From Macrostomum lignano (Eukaryota), in contig NIVC01000186.1 in assembly GCA_002269645.1 (NCBI GenBank), positions 620,001 to 684,000 of the forward strand: a DNA stretch of 64,000 nt, written 5' to 3'. Under the pieces are notes generated by a model. The model saw only the letters and a list, made by a program, of their open reading frames with translations, was not told where the DNA came from and did not search any database. This document shows, in pieces, positions 13,540 through 38,571 of the stretch. The translations under genes were made by a program, and so were the position numbers. How positions within the stretch are numbered: the stretch's first letter is position 1; each line of letters opens with the position of its first letter.

Positions 13540-14290
13540 TTTATGAGCCACTCGGCATATTTCCGTGTAAGCTACTATCAGTTCAGAAGAATGTTCTGTA
13601 TGAAGCATTATAAATGTACTTTAGGGCAAGACTCATTTATTGACCTTTAAATTACATCGTCCTTAAAAGACAACCGCGTCTTTCCGCACAAAATGTCTAC
13701 CCCCGCCGCGCCGCCCAATTTTTATGGTCTTCCTCGATTTATCCAGGCAGCCCATCGCACCCGACTAGTCAAGTGGGTCCACCAGCTGAACTCAAATGCG
13801 TCTTTCCGCACAAAATCTCTACCCCCGCCCCGCCGCCCAATTTTTATGGTCTTCCTCGATTTATCCAGGCAGCCCATCGCACCCGACTAGTCAAGTGGGT
13901 CCACCAGCTGAACTCAAATGCGTCTTTCCGCACAAAATCTCTACCCCCGCCCCGCCGCCCAATTTTTATGGTCTTCCTCGATTTATCCAGGCAGCCCATC
14001 GCACCCGACTAGTCAAGTGGGTCCACCAGCTGAACTCAAATGCGTCTTTCCGCACAAAATCTCTACCCCCGCCCCGCCGCCCAATTTTTATTGCCTTCGT
14101 CGGTTTTCAAGCCTAAAGCGGCCATGTACATTTTCAGTGGCGCTGCTAATTAATGTACATTAGCGAGTTGTTTACATCTGCAAGTCATTCTAACTGGCTT
14201 TCTGTTCAAAAAAGGTTACGTATGCTTTCCTACTACTTAAAGTAGCGAAACTTTTATCAAGCCATGCCTAAGTGACCTATCTACTAGTTT
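13540..14290. mobile_element. MITE family A, copy 3, with an internal 122-bp tandem amplification
   Basis: Starts GCCACTCGGCATATTT, ends ATGCCTAAGTGACC; 13676-14095 is about 3.4 near-identical 122-bp units. Confidence 0.6.
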
Positions 14291-14741
14291 TATGGAACGT
14301 GTATCTGCGAAAAAGCAACAATTTAAGCAACAGTTTAAGTATCTAGTATATATATTTGAGAAGATCCTTTAACTTTGAACAATAAAAATTTTTACGATGC
14401 AGCAACTTTTTCGCACTGTAAGAATTAATTAATCATATTTCAATAATAAGTATTCGCCGCTAGTCAGCAAAAATGCACTTTTAGAGAGAGGCGGGAACAA
14501 ACAGCATTAAATTGGCAATGAAAACGGAACCTGTACGACCGCAACAAGTAATGAGCGCGAATATTCGACAGCTTATGTATACTGTAAGTCGAACCGGTGG
14601 GTCCACGCTGTCAGTTTGGAGCACACCCCAACTTGTTTGTCGTCGATGATTGGATTTATTTGTTCCATTATGATGGCTACACTTGCCGGGATGGCGACTG
14701 AAAACGGATAGGATATCGAATTGTGTATCAGGGTGAGCACT

Positions 14742-15690
14742 AGGATCCTCAGGTACTTATAGGTTTAGCGCGAGAGCACTATAGGATTCTCTGCAGGTAG
14801 TTATAGGCTAGCTAGAGCACTAGGATTCTCAGGTAGTTATAGGCTAGCGGGAGAGCACCAGGATTCTCAGGTAATTATAGGCTAGCGATAGCACTATATA
14901 GGATTCTCAGGTAATTATAGGCTAGCGATAGCACTATATAGGATTCTCAGGTAATTATATAGGCCAGCGAGAGCACTAGGATTCTCAGGTAATTATAGGC
15001 TAGCGATAGCACTATATAGGATTCTCAGGTAATTATAGGCCAGCGCGAGAGCACTAGGATTCTCAGGTAATTATAGGCTAGCGCGAGAGCACTAGGATTC
15101 TCAGGTAATTATAGGCTAGCGATAGCACTATATAGGATTCTCAGGTAATTATAGGCTAGCGATAGCACTATATAGGATTCTCAGGTAATTATAGGCTAGC
15201 GATAGCACTATATAGGATTCTCAGGTAATTATAGGCTAGCGCGAGAGCACTAGGATTCTCAGGTAATTATAGGCTAGTGATAGCACTATATAGGATTATC
15301 AGGTAATTATAGGCTAGCGATAGCACTATATAGGATTCTCAGGTAACTATAGGCTAGCGATAGCACTTTATAGGATTTTCAGGTAATTATAGGCTAGCAC
15401 GAGAGCACTAGGATTCTCAGGTAATTATAGGCTAGCGATAGCACTATATAGGATTCTCAGGTAACTATAGGCTATCGATAGCACTTTATAGGATTTTCAG
15501 GTAATTATAGGCTAGCACGAGAGCACTAGGATTCTCAGGTAATTATAGGCTAGTGATAGCACTTTATAGGATTTTCAGGTAATTATAGGCTAGCACGAGA
15601 GCACTAGGATTCTCAGGTAATTATAGGCTAGTGAGAGCACTATAGGATTCTCGGGTAATTATAGGCTAGCAAGGGCACTAGGATTCTCAG
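14742..15690. repeat. 36-40-bp minisatellite downstream of the kinase stop
   Basis: GGATTCTCAGGTAATTATAGGCTAGCGATAGCACTATATA and shorter variants. Confidence 0.95.
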
Positions 15691-15726
15691 TAAGACAGCA
15701 AGGACAATAGCATTGACAAGGAATTC

Positions 15727-28568
<12,842 letters not shown>

Positions 28569-29262
28569 CGGTAAACAGAGCGGCCCCGGCCGGTCGCCAA
28601 AGTTTCAAAGAGACAGACAGTAATGTCTCAATAATCGTTCCTTTTTCTTGGATCTTGAGAAAATGGTTCCTTGTAGCTGTTCTGCCTTTTGTCTACCGAA
28701 TTTTTAGTAAAGCTGAAACAGCGGAGACGGTCGGCATAATATAGCTTTATGCTATAGTTCCTCGATCTGCATGGTCGGAAACGGTGGCAAAAGGGGTTTT
28801 TTAGAGAGAGAGAGAGAGAGAGAGAGACCGGTCTTGGATTGCGCGCCCAGCCGACTGACTGAGGTGGGTCGTGGAAAATAGAGCGAGAGCGAGACAGAGA
28901 AAGAACAAAAAAGGAGTATAGAGAGGTACCTGAGCCACATGCGTCTAGCGCCTGTCTACGCCCTCTCCTCCGCGGGCCGGCTTATATTATATTAATATTA
29001 TAAGCTATAGCTACGGCTGAAGCCCCAGGCGGCGCCTCCTCCTTCTAGCCAACTGCACACTGCCTGTCCCCACCCTCCCGCTATGGCTACCAACCTCCGC
29101 CTACCAACCACCCCCCCCCACCCCCAGTGCCGGCCGCGCCTCCGCTTCCCATGTCGGGTCTCTCTGGACGGCCTCTCCCCTCATTCCACTCTCTGCCTTG
29201 GATTCTTCTCCGCCAGCCTGCCAATAGTAGCCCACAGCCCCGGACCGGCCTACACCACAACA

Positions 29263-29295
<33 letters not shown>

Positions 29296-29427
29296 AACCC
29301 CTCAATATTATTGAAAGCCAATTGGTGCAGCAGGAGCAACGGCTATTCAGTGCTTTGTTAATCCGGTCCCAATTCAATACTGAATGGCTTGCCCCTCTCT
29401 CGGAGCGTACAAGAGCAGTTCCATAGT

Positions 29428-29485
<58 letters not shown>

Positions 29486-29704
29486 TGGAAGGCAGAATTA
29501 CGTTTGAGTAGTATATAGAGAGTAGCAAGGCATATCGCAGTGAGTAGTATGGTTGGTAAATGACGCTTAAAAAGTCAAATCAAATTGTTTCAGATTGACA
29601 AGCAAAATTGTGGCAATAGCACTGACTCACAACTTTGTTATGACCAAATGGCATTTTTGCAATGTAGGAGTATCATAGTTGATTCCAAGACCTATATCGA
29701 TTTT

Positions 29705-29872
29705 ACATGACGAACGATGATTCTCTATGACCCAAAGCGTTCTCTATGACCCAAAGCGATTCTCTGTGACCCAAAGCGATTCTCTATGACCCAAAGCGTT
29801 CTCTATGACCCAAAGCAATTCTCTATGACCCAAAGCGTTCTCTATGACCCAAAGCGATTCTCTATATGACCC
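29705..29872. repeat. 19-20-bp minisatellite
   Basis: TCTCTATGACCCAAAGCGAT units. Confidence 0.88.
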
Positions 29873-30299
29873 TTACAACGGTTTTTCGTAATCCTTGTCT
29901 CCATGAAAGCATTTCATACTATTAATCGAATTCTTCCAAAAATTATCGTTCTAAAGAAGGAAGAAACAAAACCAAAAATTTGTATCGGTGAACAAATTTA
30001 TATTTGTCTATTAGCCATATAAAAGCAAAGCCGATCACCGTAGCCGCGAGTAAATGTTACCAGCGTAGCAATAGAGTCTACTAAATTCGAAGTTTAAAGC
30101 AAAATGTACGCTCGTATATTTAGCGTACATTTTGAAAGTGACTAATAAAGCAAATGAAGCATTATATTATACGTAATTTATTTATTATTACGACAGTAAT
30201 ATTGCCATTTGTAGAAAATTTGCGTATACAAAACACACTTGTCCGGAAAACTTGATTTATGATTTGAAAAATAATATCTGATTTATCATGCTGTTAACT

Positions 30300-30465
30300 T
30301 ACACAATCAACCAATTCACAACAGTCTGCCAATTCACACAGTCAGTAAATTCATGCAGTCAGTCAATTCACACAGTCAGTCAATTCACACAGTCTTCCAA
30401 TTCACGCAGTCTGCCAATTCGCACAGTCTGTCAATTCACACAGTCTGTCAATTCACACAGCCAAG
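30300..30465. repeat. 17-bp GTCAATTCACACAGTCT array 3' of aaNAT-like copy 1
   Basis: Same unit as at 36533-36702 and 38390-38560. Confidence 0.85.
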
Positions 30466-30476
30466 ACACGGTCAGT

Positions 30477-31945
30477 TCACTCGATCCGCTTAGCATAGAG
30501 CACAATCTCTCGCAGCTCTTCCGGATCCAGGCCGGCAAACGGCCGCTCGCCATCAACAGGGTCATTGTACTCGACCAGCAGCACCGAGTTGAGCCTGTCA
30601 AAGCCGAGACCCTCGAAGATTCGTCCAGCGTGCCGATGCGCAGCAACGACGTTTACAACTGGGACGCCACGAAGTTTGGCGAGTTCGAGAGAAAAATCGA
30701 TGAGGCGTTTGGCGATACTTCGACTGCGCATCGCTTCTAGGACGACTAGGTACTTGAAATCGACGACTGTGTCAACATTGTAGTGGCTGTACAGATCCAC
30801 AGGAGTTGTCAGATGGTCCAGAACTCGAGTCACGATGGCGTCCTTTGGATACCTAAAGTGAAGGGAGGCGAGTTCGAGGTTGCAGGGGTAATTCATTGTT
30901 GTTGGGTGCTACGAGCGGGTGGGTTTCATAAATGCGAAACTTCACAACTGCTTAAATTTTTGCACTGACTCTCATATACGGCAGTCTTTTTAGCGGTTGT
31001 GAGGTTTCGCGTTCGGGAAAGTAGGTAATTTAGCGGTTGTGAAAGCAACCCTTACGAGCGTATCGAGACCTTGACGATGATTAAAGTTGCGTGCGCCTCT
31101 AGAATTACCCATACCCATTCTTCTAATCTCCTTGGCAATTCGTCCATATCACCCGTGACTAGGAAATATTATTAAGTCGAAATAGATGGGTGCGCTTGAT
31201 ATTTTGGCATCCTGGAGACATTTGGTGGTAACGGTTTGGATCAAGGACGGTTTAAATTTACAAGAAATGTGCTGAACCGTCATGAACGAATTTTTAATAT
31301 CTCGACGACTCGGAAGTTGTTTTGCATATTTTTACGGATAAAAATGTCAAAATATGAAACTTAAATGATGGCAAACTTTGATAAGCCCTTGTGTTGATCC
31401 ATTTTGTGCCAATGGTGTCGCGTGATGGCATGTTCATGATAGTATGCGACATGACTCTGTACGTTTTTGAAAAATCTTCGCGATATTACGAGTAAATGGA
31501 CGGTATAATTACGGGAAAAGTCGACAACTACAAATACTGAACTGATAGTGAAGTAGATTAAATCCGGTACATGTAATTTAGTGAACTGATACGATAATGA
31601 GCTCATTAAAAATGCACACCTCGCCGCAAGCTGCTGGTCCAGCACCAACGGATGCCGTTTCGCGCTCTGCCTCGGCACCAGACTGGAGACTCGAGCTCCG
31701 ACCAGAGCTCCGCTACTCGGATCCTCCGTCACCACCGTCACTCCCTGACCCAGCAGACCGGGCGGTAGTGTCAGATCAATATTTAAATCCTCAGGGTTGA
31801 CCCCGCCAATGTGCTTATTTAGCGGCGTCTTCGGAAAGAAATCCTGCAGCATCAGCTTCCAGATGGCGTCGCGATCGTCTGGTCGAGCGACTCGATAGCG
31901 GAGGCCATCGATGACGCGTTCAGATGGCACCGAGTGGCTCTCCAT
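30477..31945 (-). CDS. GNAT acetyltransferase, insect arylalkylamine/dopamine N-acetyltransferase-like, copy 1 (233 aa, 2 exons)
   Basis: Exons 31945-31620 and 30852-30477 with a phase-2 GT-AG intron (LAAR|YPK). Motifs: YRVARPDDRD..LMLQDFF..PLN, LVGARVS, LVVLEAMRSRSIAKRLIDFSLELAK..G, RIFEGLGF. Confidence 0.8.
30917..31052. mobile_element. Short degenerate member of the 12910 foldback family, in the intron of aaNAT-like copy 1
   Basis: Ends GGGTGGGTTTC / GAAAGCAACCC; shares TTAGCGGTTGTGA units; flanks CTACGAGC / TTACGAGC (7/8). Confidence 0.6.
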
Positions 31946-33849
31946 GCTTCTGGTTTAGAAGTTTAGTACAGAATCTGGCCTTCAAAGATGTAGCTGTAGA
32001 GCCTCTGTTGTAGGAGCTGTCAGGTACAACGCTCTTTTTATCTGCTTTATTTGTGTGTTTGTGCGTGATGCAGTACAGAGAATAAGAAAAGGAGAGAGAT
32101 TTTCGGCTGCTCGGTTATCTGTTTGTTTGGTTCGACTCGAGCCGCACACAGACGTCTTTTGCGATTAGAATGGTCACTTTAATGAAAAGAGGGTGACGTT
32201 CATACCCCTTGACGTCTGCACGGAGTGTGCAGCGGCCCGCTCTCTGAACTGCTAGCCACCCCCGCCTAGAGGCCGGAATCAGGGTCGCGAACTGAGCGAG
32301 GGAGAGAAATGAAGGGGCGGACTGAATGCATATTGGACAAGTGATCTGCAAGATCATGGAACGGAGGGATGAGAGGAGAGAGAATGCCCTAGATTGGAGG
32401 GTGGGGCGCGACGACAGATTATATACCCAGCTCTCAGCAACTTTCCAACGCGCTGTGCTAATGCATGCCTTCCTGTTCTTCCTCCACTGCACATTGGGGC
32501 AGTTGCGACTGCTCCACATTTGCCACTCTTCCCAAAGTCTCCTCCCCTATTCTCCCCCATTCTTGGGGAGATTTCGCGAGGATTGGCTGGTCTCGCTGCA
32601 CTTCCCATTAATCCATTTCCCGTCTTTTAGGCGCGAGCAGCAAGCAGATTTTTCAATCCCTCAGTGCAGAGTGCAGTATGCATGCAGATGACATCCAGGG
32701 CAGTCATGCGACAGCTGTCACTGCCTGCCACATCGGATTGGGCCATCTCTCGAAATCGCATGATTTGACTTCACCCTTGACAAAATCTCGGTGCTCTTTC
32801 CCTTACAGTATAATATAAATAAATTTTTGGAGTAGAAAACAAATACCTGCATGCAATGCAACCAATGTGTCTACAATATTGAAACGTCTTATCTTGCATG
32901 ATTTTTGTCCTTTTCATTTCGAGCATGGGGGCAGCACAAACACTCCACTTTGCTGTTATAGCTAGTATAGAGAGGTCGAGGATCGCATAGGGTCAATAAA
33001 AGTTGGAAAAAAGTACATTTATAAACTTAGCAAGGTCTGGCATGTACGGAGCTAAATTATATCTGCAACGTGAGCACAACTGACTCCAGTATATCTAGCC
33101 GCATGTAGAAAGAAAATATGTCACCACAAACACAGCAGACCATGTGCAAGTGGCGGGTAAAGTTCTTTCCAAAGCTAACACATTATTCATCAGCGATAGA
33201 TCGGATCGAGGACAAAAGAAGGCAAGCAACTTTATTGCAATTTGCTATTTGGGAAACTTTAACTATTGCTAGCGAACAAAGTTATCCAAACTGCAAAATA
33301 TAAGTGTAGCTATGTGTGAGAAAATTTCAAAAAATTTCGAACAGCTGTTATGAAGCTCCATCTCGACATTCAATACGAACATCCTTAAACCTCGTAGCTA
33401 CCGAGGGCTATAGTTATAGATATCAAAGTAGCCATTTTTCGATATTCGATAGACATATCTATCGAGACCCATGAAAATCAGTTATCTATTTGGAAAAATG
33501 AATTAAAACTCATGGTGAGTGACCAGCACTGGTTTTACTCATATTGCATAAATAGCTAGTATCCAAAAATGCTTTCGTGTAGAAGGTCCTATCCCAGTAA
33601 ACAATTTTTATAATGCCTATTGAGCCTTTATCCACAAGGACAGGAATTCGCTGTATGTGCAGTCGGGGAAACAAGCTATGGCCGTCTTAATCCTAGCTAA
33701 AGGATTATAAGTAATCCTTCGAAAGTACTTGACGAACTTTCAATGTATTTAAACTGTGTAAGAACTGCATTCTTATTATTAAGTATAGAATCTACTTGTA
33801 TTAAATTCTACAAACTAATATATTGTACGTTGTATCGAGGTTACACAAG

Positions 33850-36300
33850 AGACCCCTTGCGCGCACGCGCTCGCAGACCAGACGGGAGGGGGGTCAGCGC
33901 TCAGCCAAGATCCTTTAGCCCAGGGTCCGGAGGCAGTGGCCCAGCAGCATCTGACGGCGTCGGCGCAGGGTAGCGCTCAGGGGCGGGGCTCCAGCGCGGG
34001 TCATCAGAACGTTGGTCGGCAGGCGCTCCGGCTAGTGCACGCCCAGCGCGTAGCGCAGCAGCGATCGGAAGAGCGCGTCCAGAGCCCGCTCTCGAGTCTC
34101 GGTCAGCGGCACAGCCTCCATGCCGTACAGGAGGATCGGCTCTACGGCCGCGCGGAACAGGCGCACCTTCAGGTCGTCTCCAGCAGCTGAATTGAAGACG
34201 TTCCTGAGGAGGTGCGCGGCGCGCCAGGCCTGAGTCCTCCTGTCGGAGACAATGACATCGAGGTTCATCACCAGGGCGCCGAGGTACCGGAAGTCCTCGC
34301 ACATCGCGATGCGGTCTCCATTTGGGGCCGTATTTGTGCCCACGTGCAGCGCCTCCGTCTTGCGAGCATTCACCAGCAGCCCAACACGGGCGCCCTCGTC
34401 GCAGAACCTTGTGAGAGCGTGCAACTGGATCGCGGCAGAGTAGCGCGATATCGTCAGCGTAAGCGAGATCGGGCAGCAAAATAGCAGGGTGTCTGGAGCT
34501 TCGGCGTGGGGCCAGCAAGTAGCTGTCATCCTCGCGGAGGTATCAAGGAAGCACGCAGTCCACAACCACGAGGAAGGGCAGAAGAGCCAGCGTGTCGCCC
34601 TGAAGGACACCTGTGCCGGCGCCGAAATTTTCTGTGGGGCCGTCGCTCGACATGACAAAAGTCCTGGAGTCGCGGTAGAGGTCCATCACCGCGCTCACCA
34701 GGATAGCAGGTAATGCCATAGTAAGATAGAAGCCACGCGATCGCAGGCCTGGACACGGAGTCAAATGCCTTGTAGAAGTCGACGAAGATGATTGACACGG
34801 AGCGCTGGCGGGTCTTGCAGGCCCCGATCACAGAGCGGATGGTGGCAACCTGCTCGGTGGTGGACCTGCCCGGGCGGAAGCCGCTTTGGGGGCTCAGCAG
34901 CAGCGGGTTGAGGCCGGGCAGGAGGCGGTTGTGCAGAACCGCGTTCAGCAGCTTCGGCGTTGTGCATTCTAGCTCGATGCCCCGCTAGTTGCCCAGGCTG
35001 GTGGAACCGCTTTCTTTGGGATGAAGACAATCGTAGAGGTGCACCATTGCTGAGGAGCTGAGGCGGCCTCGTTGCCTCCAAGGCTGCAGCCTGCAGTGCT
35101 TGTTCAGTAGGCTTGTAATGATTCGGGTGAGCTCAGCCAGCTTCAGGACCCTGGGAGGGATGGCGTCCACCTCAGCGGCGGCATCAGCTCGCATGGTCCT
35201 CAGTGCTCGGTCAACCTCGCCTGCAGTAATGGGGCCGGTGTTGAAGGCGTCTGGCTGGGCTGGAGCGAAGTCTGAGATTCGCAGAAGAGGCGCAGTTGGA
35301 GCGGGCGCGTTGAGCACCTCGCGGTAGCGGGTGGCCAGCAGAGCCTTGCGGTGCTCCGTGAAATCAGCGCCGACGATGGTGTTGGGCCTGGGCTTCCTGC
35401 CAGTCAGCTGGTTGGATGGCCCTCCAGGCAGAACTATGACGGCAGTTGTCAGTGGCGAGTTGGGAGCACTGGCCTTGGTCGCTGTCATGTCCATGGAGGG
35501 CAGCAGTGCTCTGCACATAACGCCTTGCATGCCTGGGAGATGATGAGATCGCAGTCCCACGGGCCTTTGGGTGGTTTGCCTGTCTCCGTTGGACAAGAGC
35601 TGCCGCATCCTCAACAGCGTGATGAAAAGACTCGAAGGACTCGACTGGAGCAAGGAGTTTCGGCAAACAGCTTGTGTAGGAAGGCCTGCCGCTTGTCCGG
35701 GTTTCTCAGGTCGGCCCAGTGTTGTGTAGTTGGTTTGCAGATATGTACATCTGCTATGTACATCTGTTTTCCGATATTGCTCTGTCGCAGCTAAATGAAT
35801 ATATAAGTATAAATACAGTATACCACTCGGTAGGCCAACTTGGGCTAAGTTCGTGTGTACCCCTAAATTCAGTCTGACTTTCTCAACACAACACCCAGAG
35901 CGGGTGAGGTGGCGCAGGCCAGAGATCTCTGGCCAGGATAAAACTGGATAGGAAAGGTGAGTTGGAATTGGGGATGCGACAGCTGTTCTTCGGCTGGCAA
36001 CGGCGAGCTGAAGTCACCAGCAGCAATGACAGAGTCCCGAGCAGAGATTGAATCAAGCATGCAGCCCAGAAAGTCGTAAAGGGCTTCTGTTTCACATGGA
36101 TCTTCGCTGGTCAGGGGGGGGGCGTTGGAGCATAGACGCAGATGATGTGAAGCCGCCTGTCTTTTCCGGCAAAGGAGGCGTGTCCCAGGCGCTCGCGGAT
36201 TGAAACCTGATGTCCAGCAGCGCCCGGAAGGCGAGAGGGGCAGGAAGCCGATGCCTCCAGTTCCCTGGGGAGTGGCCGGGGCAGCCCTGAATTGCCGGCC
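33850..36300 (-). mobile_element. Decayed non-LTR retrotransposon (APE + RT; RTE/RTEX-like by inference)
   Basis: Fragments in shifting frames: HIICVYAPT and VIAAGDFS (AP endonuclease); FVDFYKAFDSVSR, GVLQGDTLA, LAYADDIALL, GLLVNARKTE (reverse transcriptase). Multiple frameshifts. Confidence 0.85.
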
Positions 36301-36532
36301 AGAGCTAGAAATCTAAATAAAAAATATTTTGAAAGTCTAAAGCAAAAATCAGAGGGATCAAATGGATCCTTGAAACAGTTTTGTAGTTTTTGTTTAAAGA
36401 GAATAGAATGGTTCGGTATTACTCGTAACAGTATAAATAAGCCACATAATATACTACTTGTATATGTCACAGAATGTTTTCAAAATAGACGAATGAAATT
36501 GTAAGTTTGAGACGAGACGAAAGAAATATATC

Positions 36533-36702
36533 AGTCAATTCACACAATCTGTCAATTCACACAGTCAGTCAATTCACACAATCTGTCAATTCACACAGTC
36601 AGTCAATTCACACAGTCTGTCAATTCACACAGTCTGTCAATTCACACAGTCAGGCAATTCACACAGTCTGTCAATTCACACAGTCAGGCAATTCACACAG
36701 TC
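36533..36702. repeat. 17-bp array, distal piece beyond the Gypsy fragment
   Basis: GTCAATTCACACAGTCT units ending exactly at the putative LTR TG. Confidence 0.88.
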
Positions 36703-38260
36703 TGTTGTACTTTTCGTAGTAACGAAGACGAATGCAAGATGCCTAGTTAGGAAGAGATCGTAGATGCATGCAGCGCGTATCTTTTAGCAGCGAAGTAGCT
36801 GGCTGCTATACTTAAAATATGAATAAAGCTTCGCCCATAAACCATAGAACTAAAGTTCATACACGGCACCCCCACATTTTAGCAATTAACCTGGAGAGAA
36901 ATAAATGACTTTTTTCTGTTCGGTCCAACGATCAAAAAATAAGAAATAGGTCAGCCGATCAGGGCCGCTTTTCGGAGCCTCTGACTTCGACGAGAAACTT
37001 GGTACTCGGGACTTTGATCGCTGGTTGCCTCCACTTCAGCAGGAGTCGTAGTCTCCATTTCCTTCTCCATGATGCTGCCAACATTGGAAGGTCTAGGCGA
37101 GGTAATCTCTTGTGAGTTCTCTGTAGTCCTTGGCGTTGCATCAGATGCATGGACAACCCGTCCTTTGCTGTCCAAGTAGGTATTTGATCCATGAAGTCCT
37201 TGGATTTCTTCTGGGACCTTGTCTGACTTTCCTTCTACGTTGATGTAGACAGGAATTGGGGTCGTTAGCGGTTTGTCCAATTCTGTAAAGGTTGCAGTGA
37301 GGCGCGTTCTTGGGCGTTGCATAAACAGTTGTGCAGCAGGAATCGCTCCTTCGGAGTTCGGTGACAGCTGATGTACATCAATCCACCGAGAGAACGAGTC
37401 GCTGAGAAGTTTTTCTCCTTGAAATATGCTATGTCCTGATGAACACGTTCGAAGAAGAACTTTGCATCCTCCCATGAATGCAGATTTGCATTTGTTCGCT
37501 TTCTCGAATTTAGTTGGCAGGAAGGACACCTTTGAACGAAGCTATTGATCTGGGCGTCAATGTAAGGCCACCAGAAGTACTCTCGACCTAGTCTGATCAT
37601 GCGCACAATGCCCGGATGATTCTCGTGAAGAATTTGAAGAATTTATTTGCGCATGGACTTTGGAGGCACGATTCGGATCCCTTTGAACAGAATCCCGTTT
37701 TGAATGGAGTATTCCGCCTTGGATTTGGTGTACGGAAGCAGCTGTTTAGAAATGTAGCTTGGCCAACCTTGAGTAACAAACTTCTTGATAATATCAAGTT
37801 CAGGGTCTCTGGTGTTGGCGACACGCCGAAGAATTGTCCCAGAAGAAGAAAACTCTACGAGAGAGTTTACCTCCAGCAGATTGACATCAAAATTTGAAAA
37901 CGAAGTAGAAGCGTTTGTTGAAGGAATTCTTGACAGAGTACGAGCTATATGATGCAAGCATGGTGTCTCCCTTTGAGTAAGTGACAGTGTTGTAATAGGA
38001 TCTGAGCAGCAATGCCCATCTCTGGAGTCTCGCAGAAACTCGGTCAGGAACTTTCGTTGTTGAGAAGATGTACTGCAAAGGTCTGTGATCAGAGATGATG
38101 GTAAAATGACGGCATGCCAGAAATTGATGAAAATATTTTACACCCTCAATAATTGCAAGAGCCTCCCGCTCAATGTTGGCATAGTTGGCCTCAGCCTTGG
38201 TCAAAACTCGGCTTCCCAGCCATACAACTTCTTTTTGGTTCGTGTCGTGGGACAGCACAA
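36703..38260 (-). mobile_element. Gypsy/Ty3 LTR retrotransposon 3' fragment
   Basis: RNase H motifs (SRVLTKAEANYANIEREALAII..F..F.IISDHRPL) and integrase zinc finger (HENHPG..YFWWP..CPSCQ); integrase core largely missing. A putative short 3' LTR at 36703-36868 (TG...CA) is preceded on the minus strand by a G-rich tract. Confidence 0.85.
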
Positions 38261-38389
38261 ATCGATTCCACTCTGAGAAGCGTCGCAGGTTAGAAACAAC
38301 GGCCTTTTTATATCATAAGAAACGATTCGACCTTCAGTTACAGCAGCTTTCAGTGTGGAGAACACAATGGAGTGAACGACAGTCCATTT

Positions 38390-38560
38390 CCACTGAATTC
38401 ACACAATTCAATTCACACCGTCTGTCAATTCACACAGTCTGTCAATTATACAGTCTGTCAATTCACACAGTCTGTCAATTTACACAGTCAGTCAATTCAC
38501 ACAGTCAGTCAATTTACACAGTCCGTCAATCCACACAGTCCGTCAATTCACACAGCCAAG
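38390..38560. repeat. 17-bp array 3' of aaNAT-like copy 2
   Basis: GTCAATTCACACAGTC units. Confidence 0.85.
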
Positions 38561-38571
38561 ACACGGTCAGT

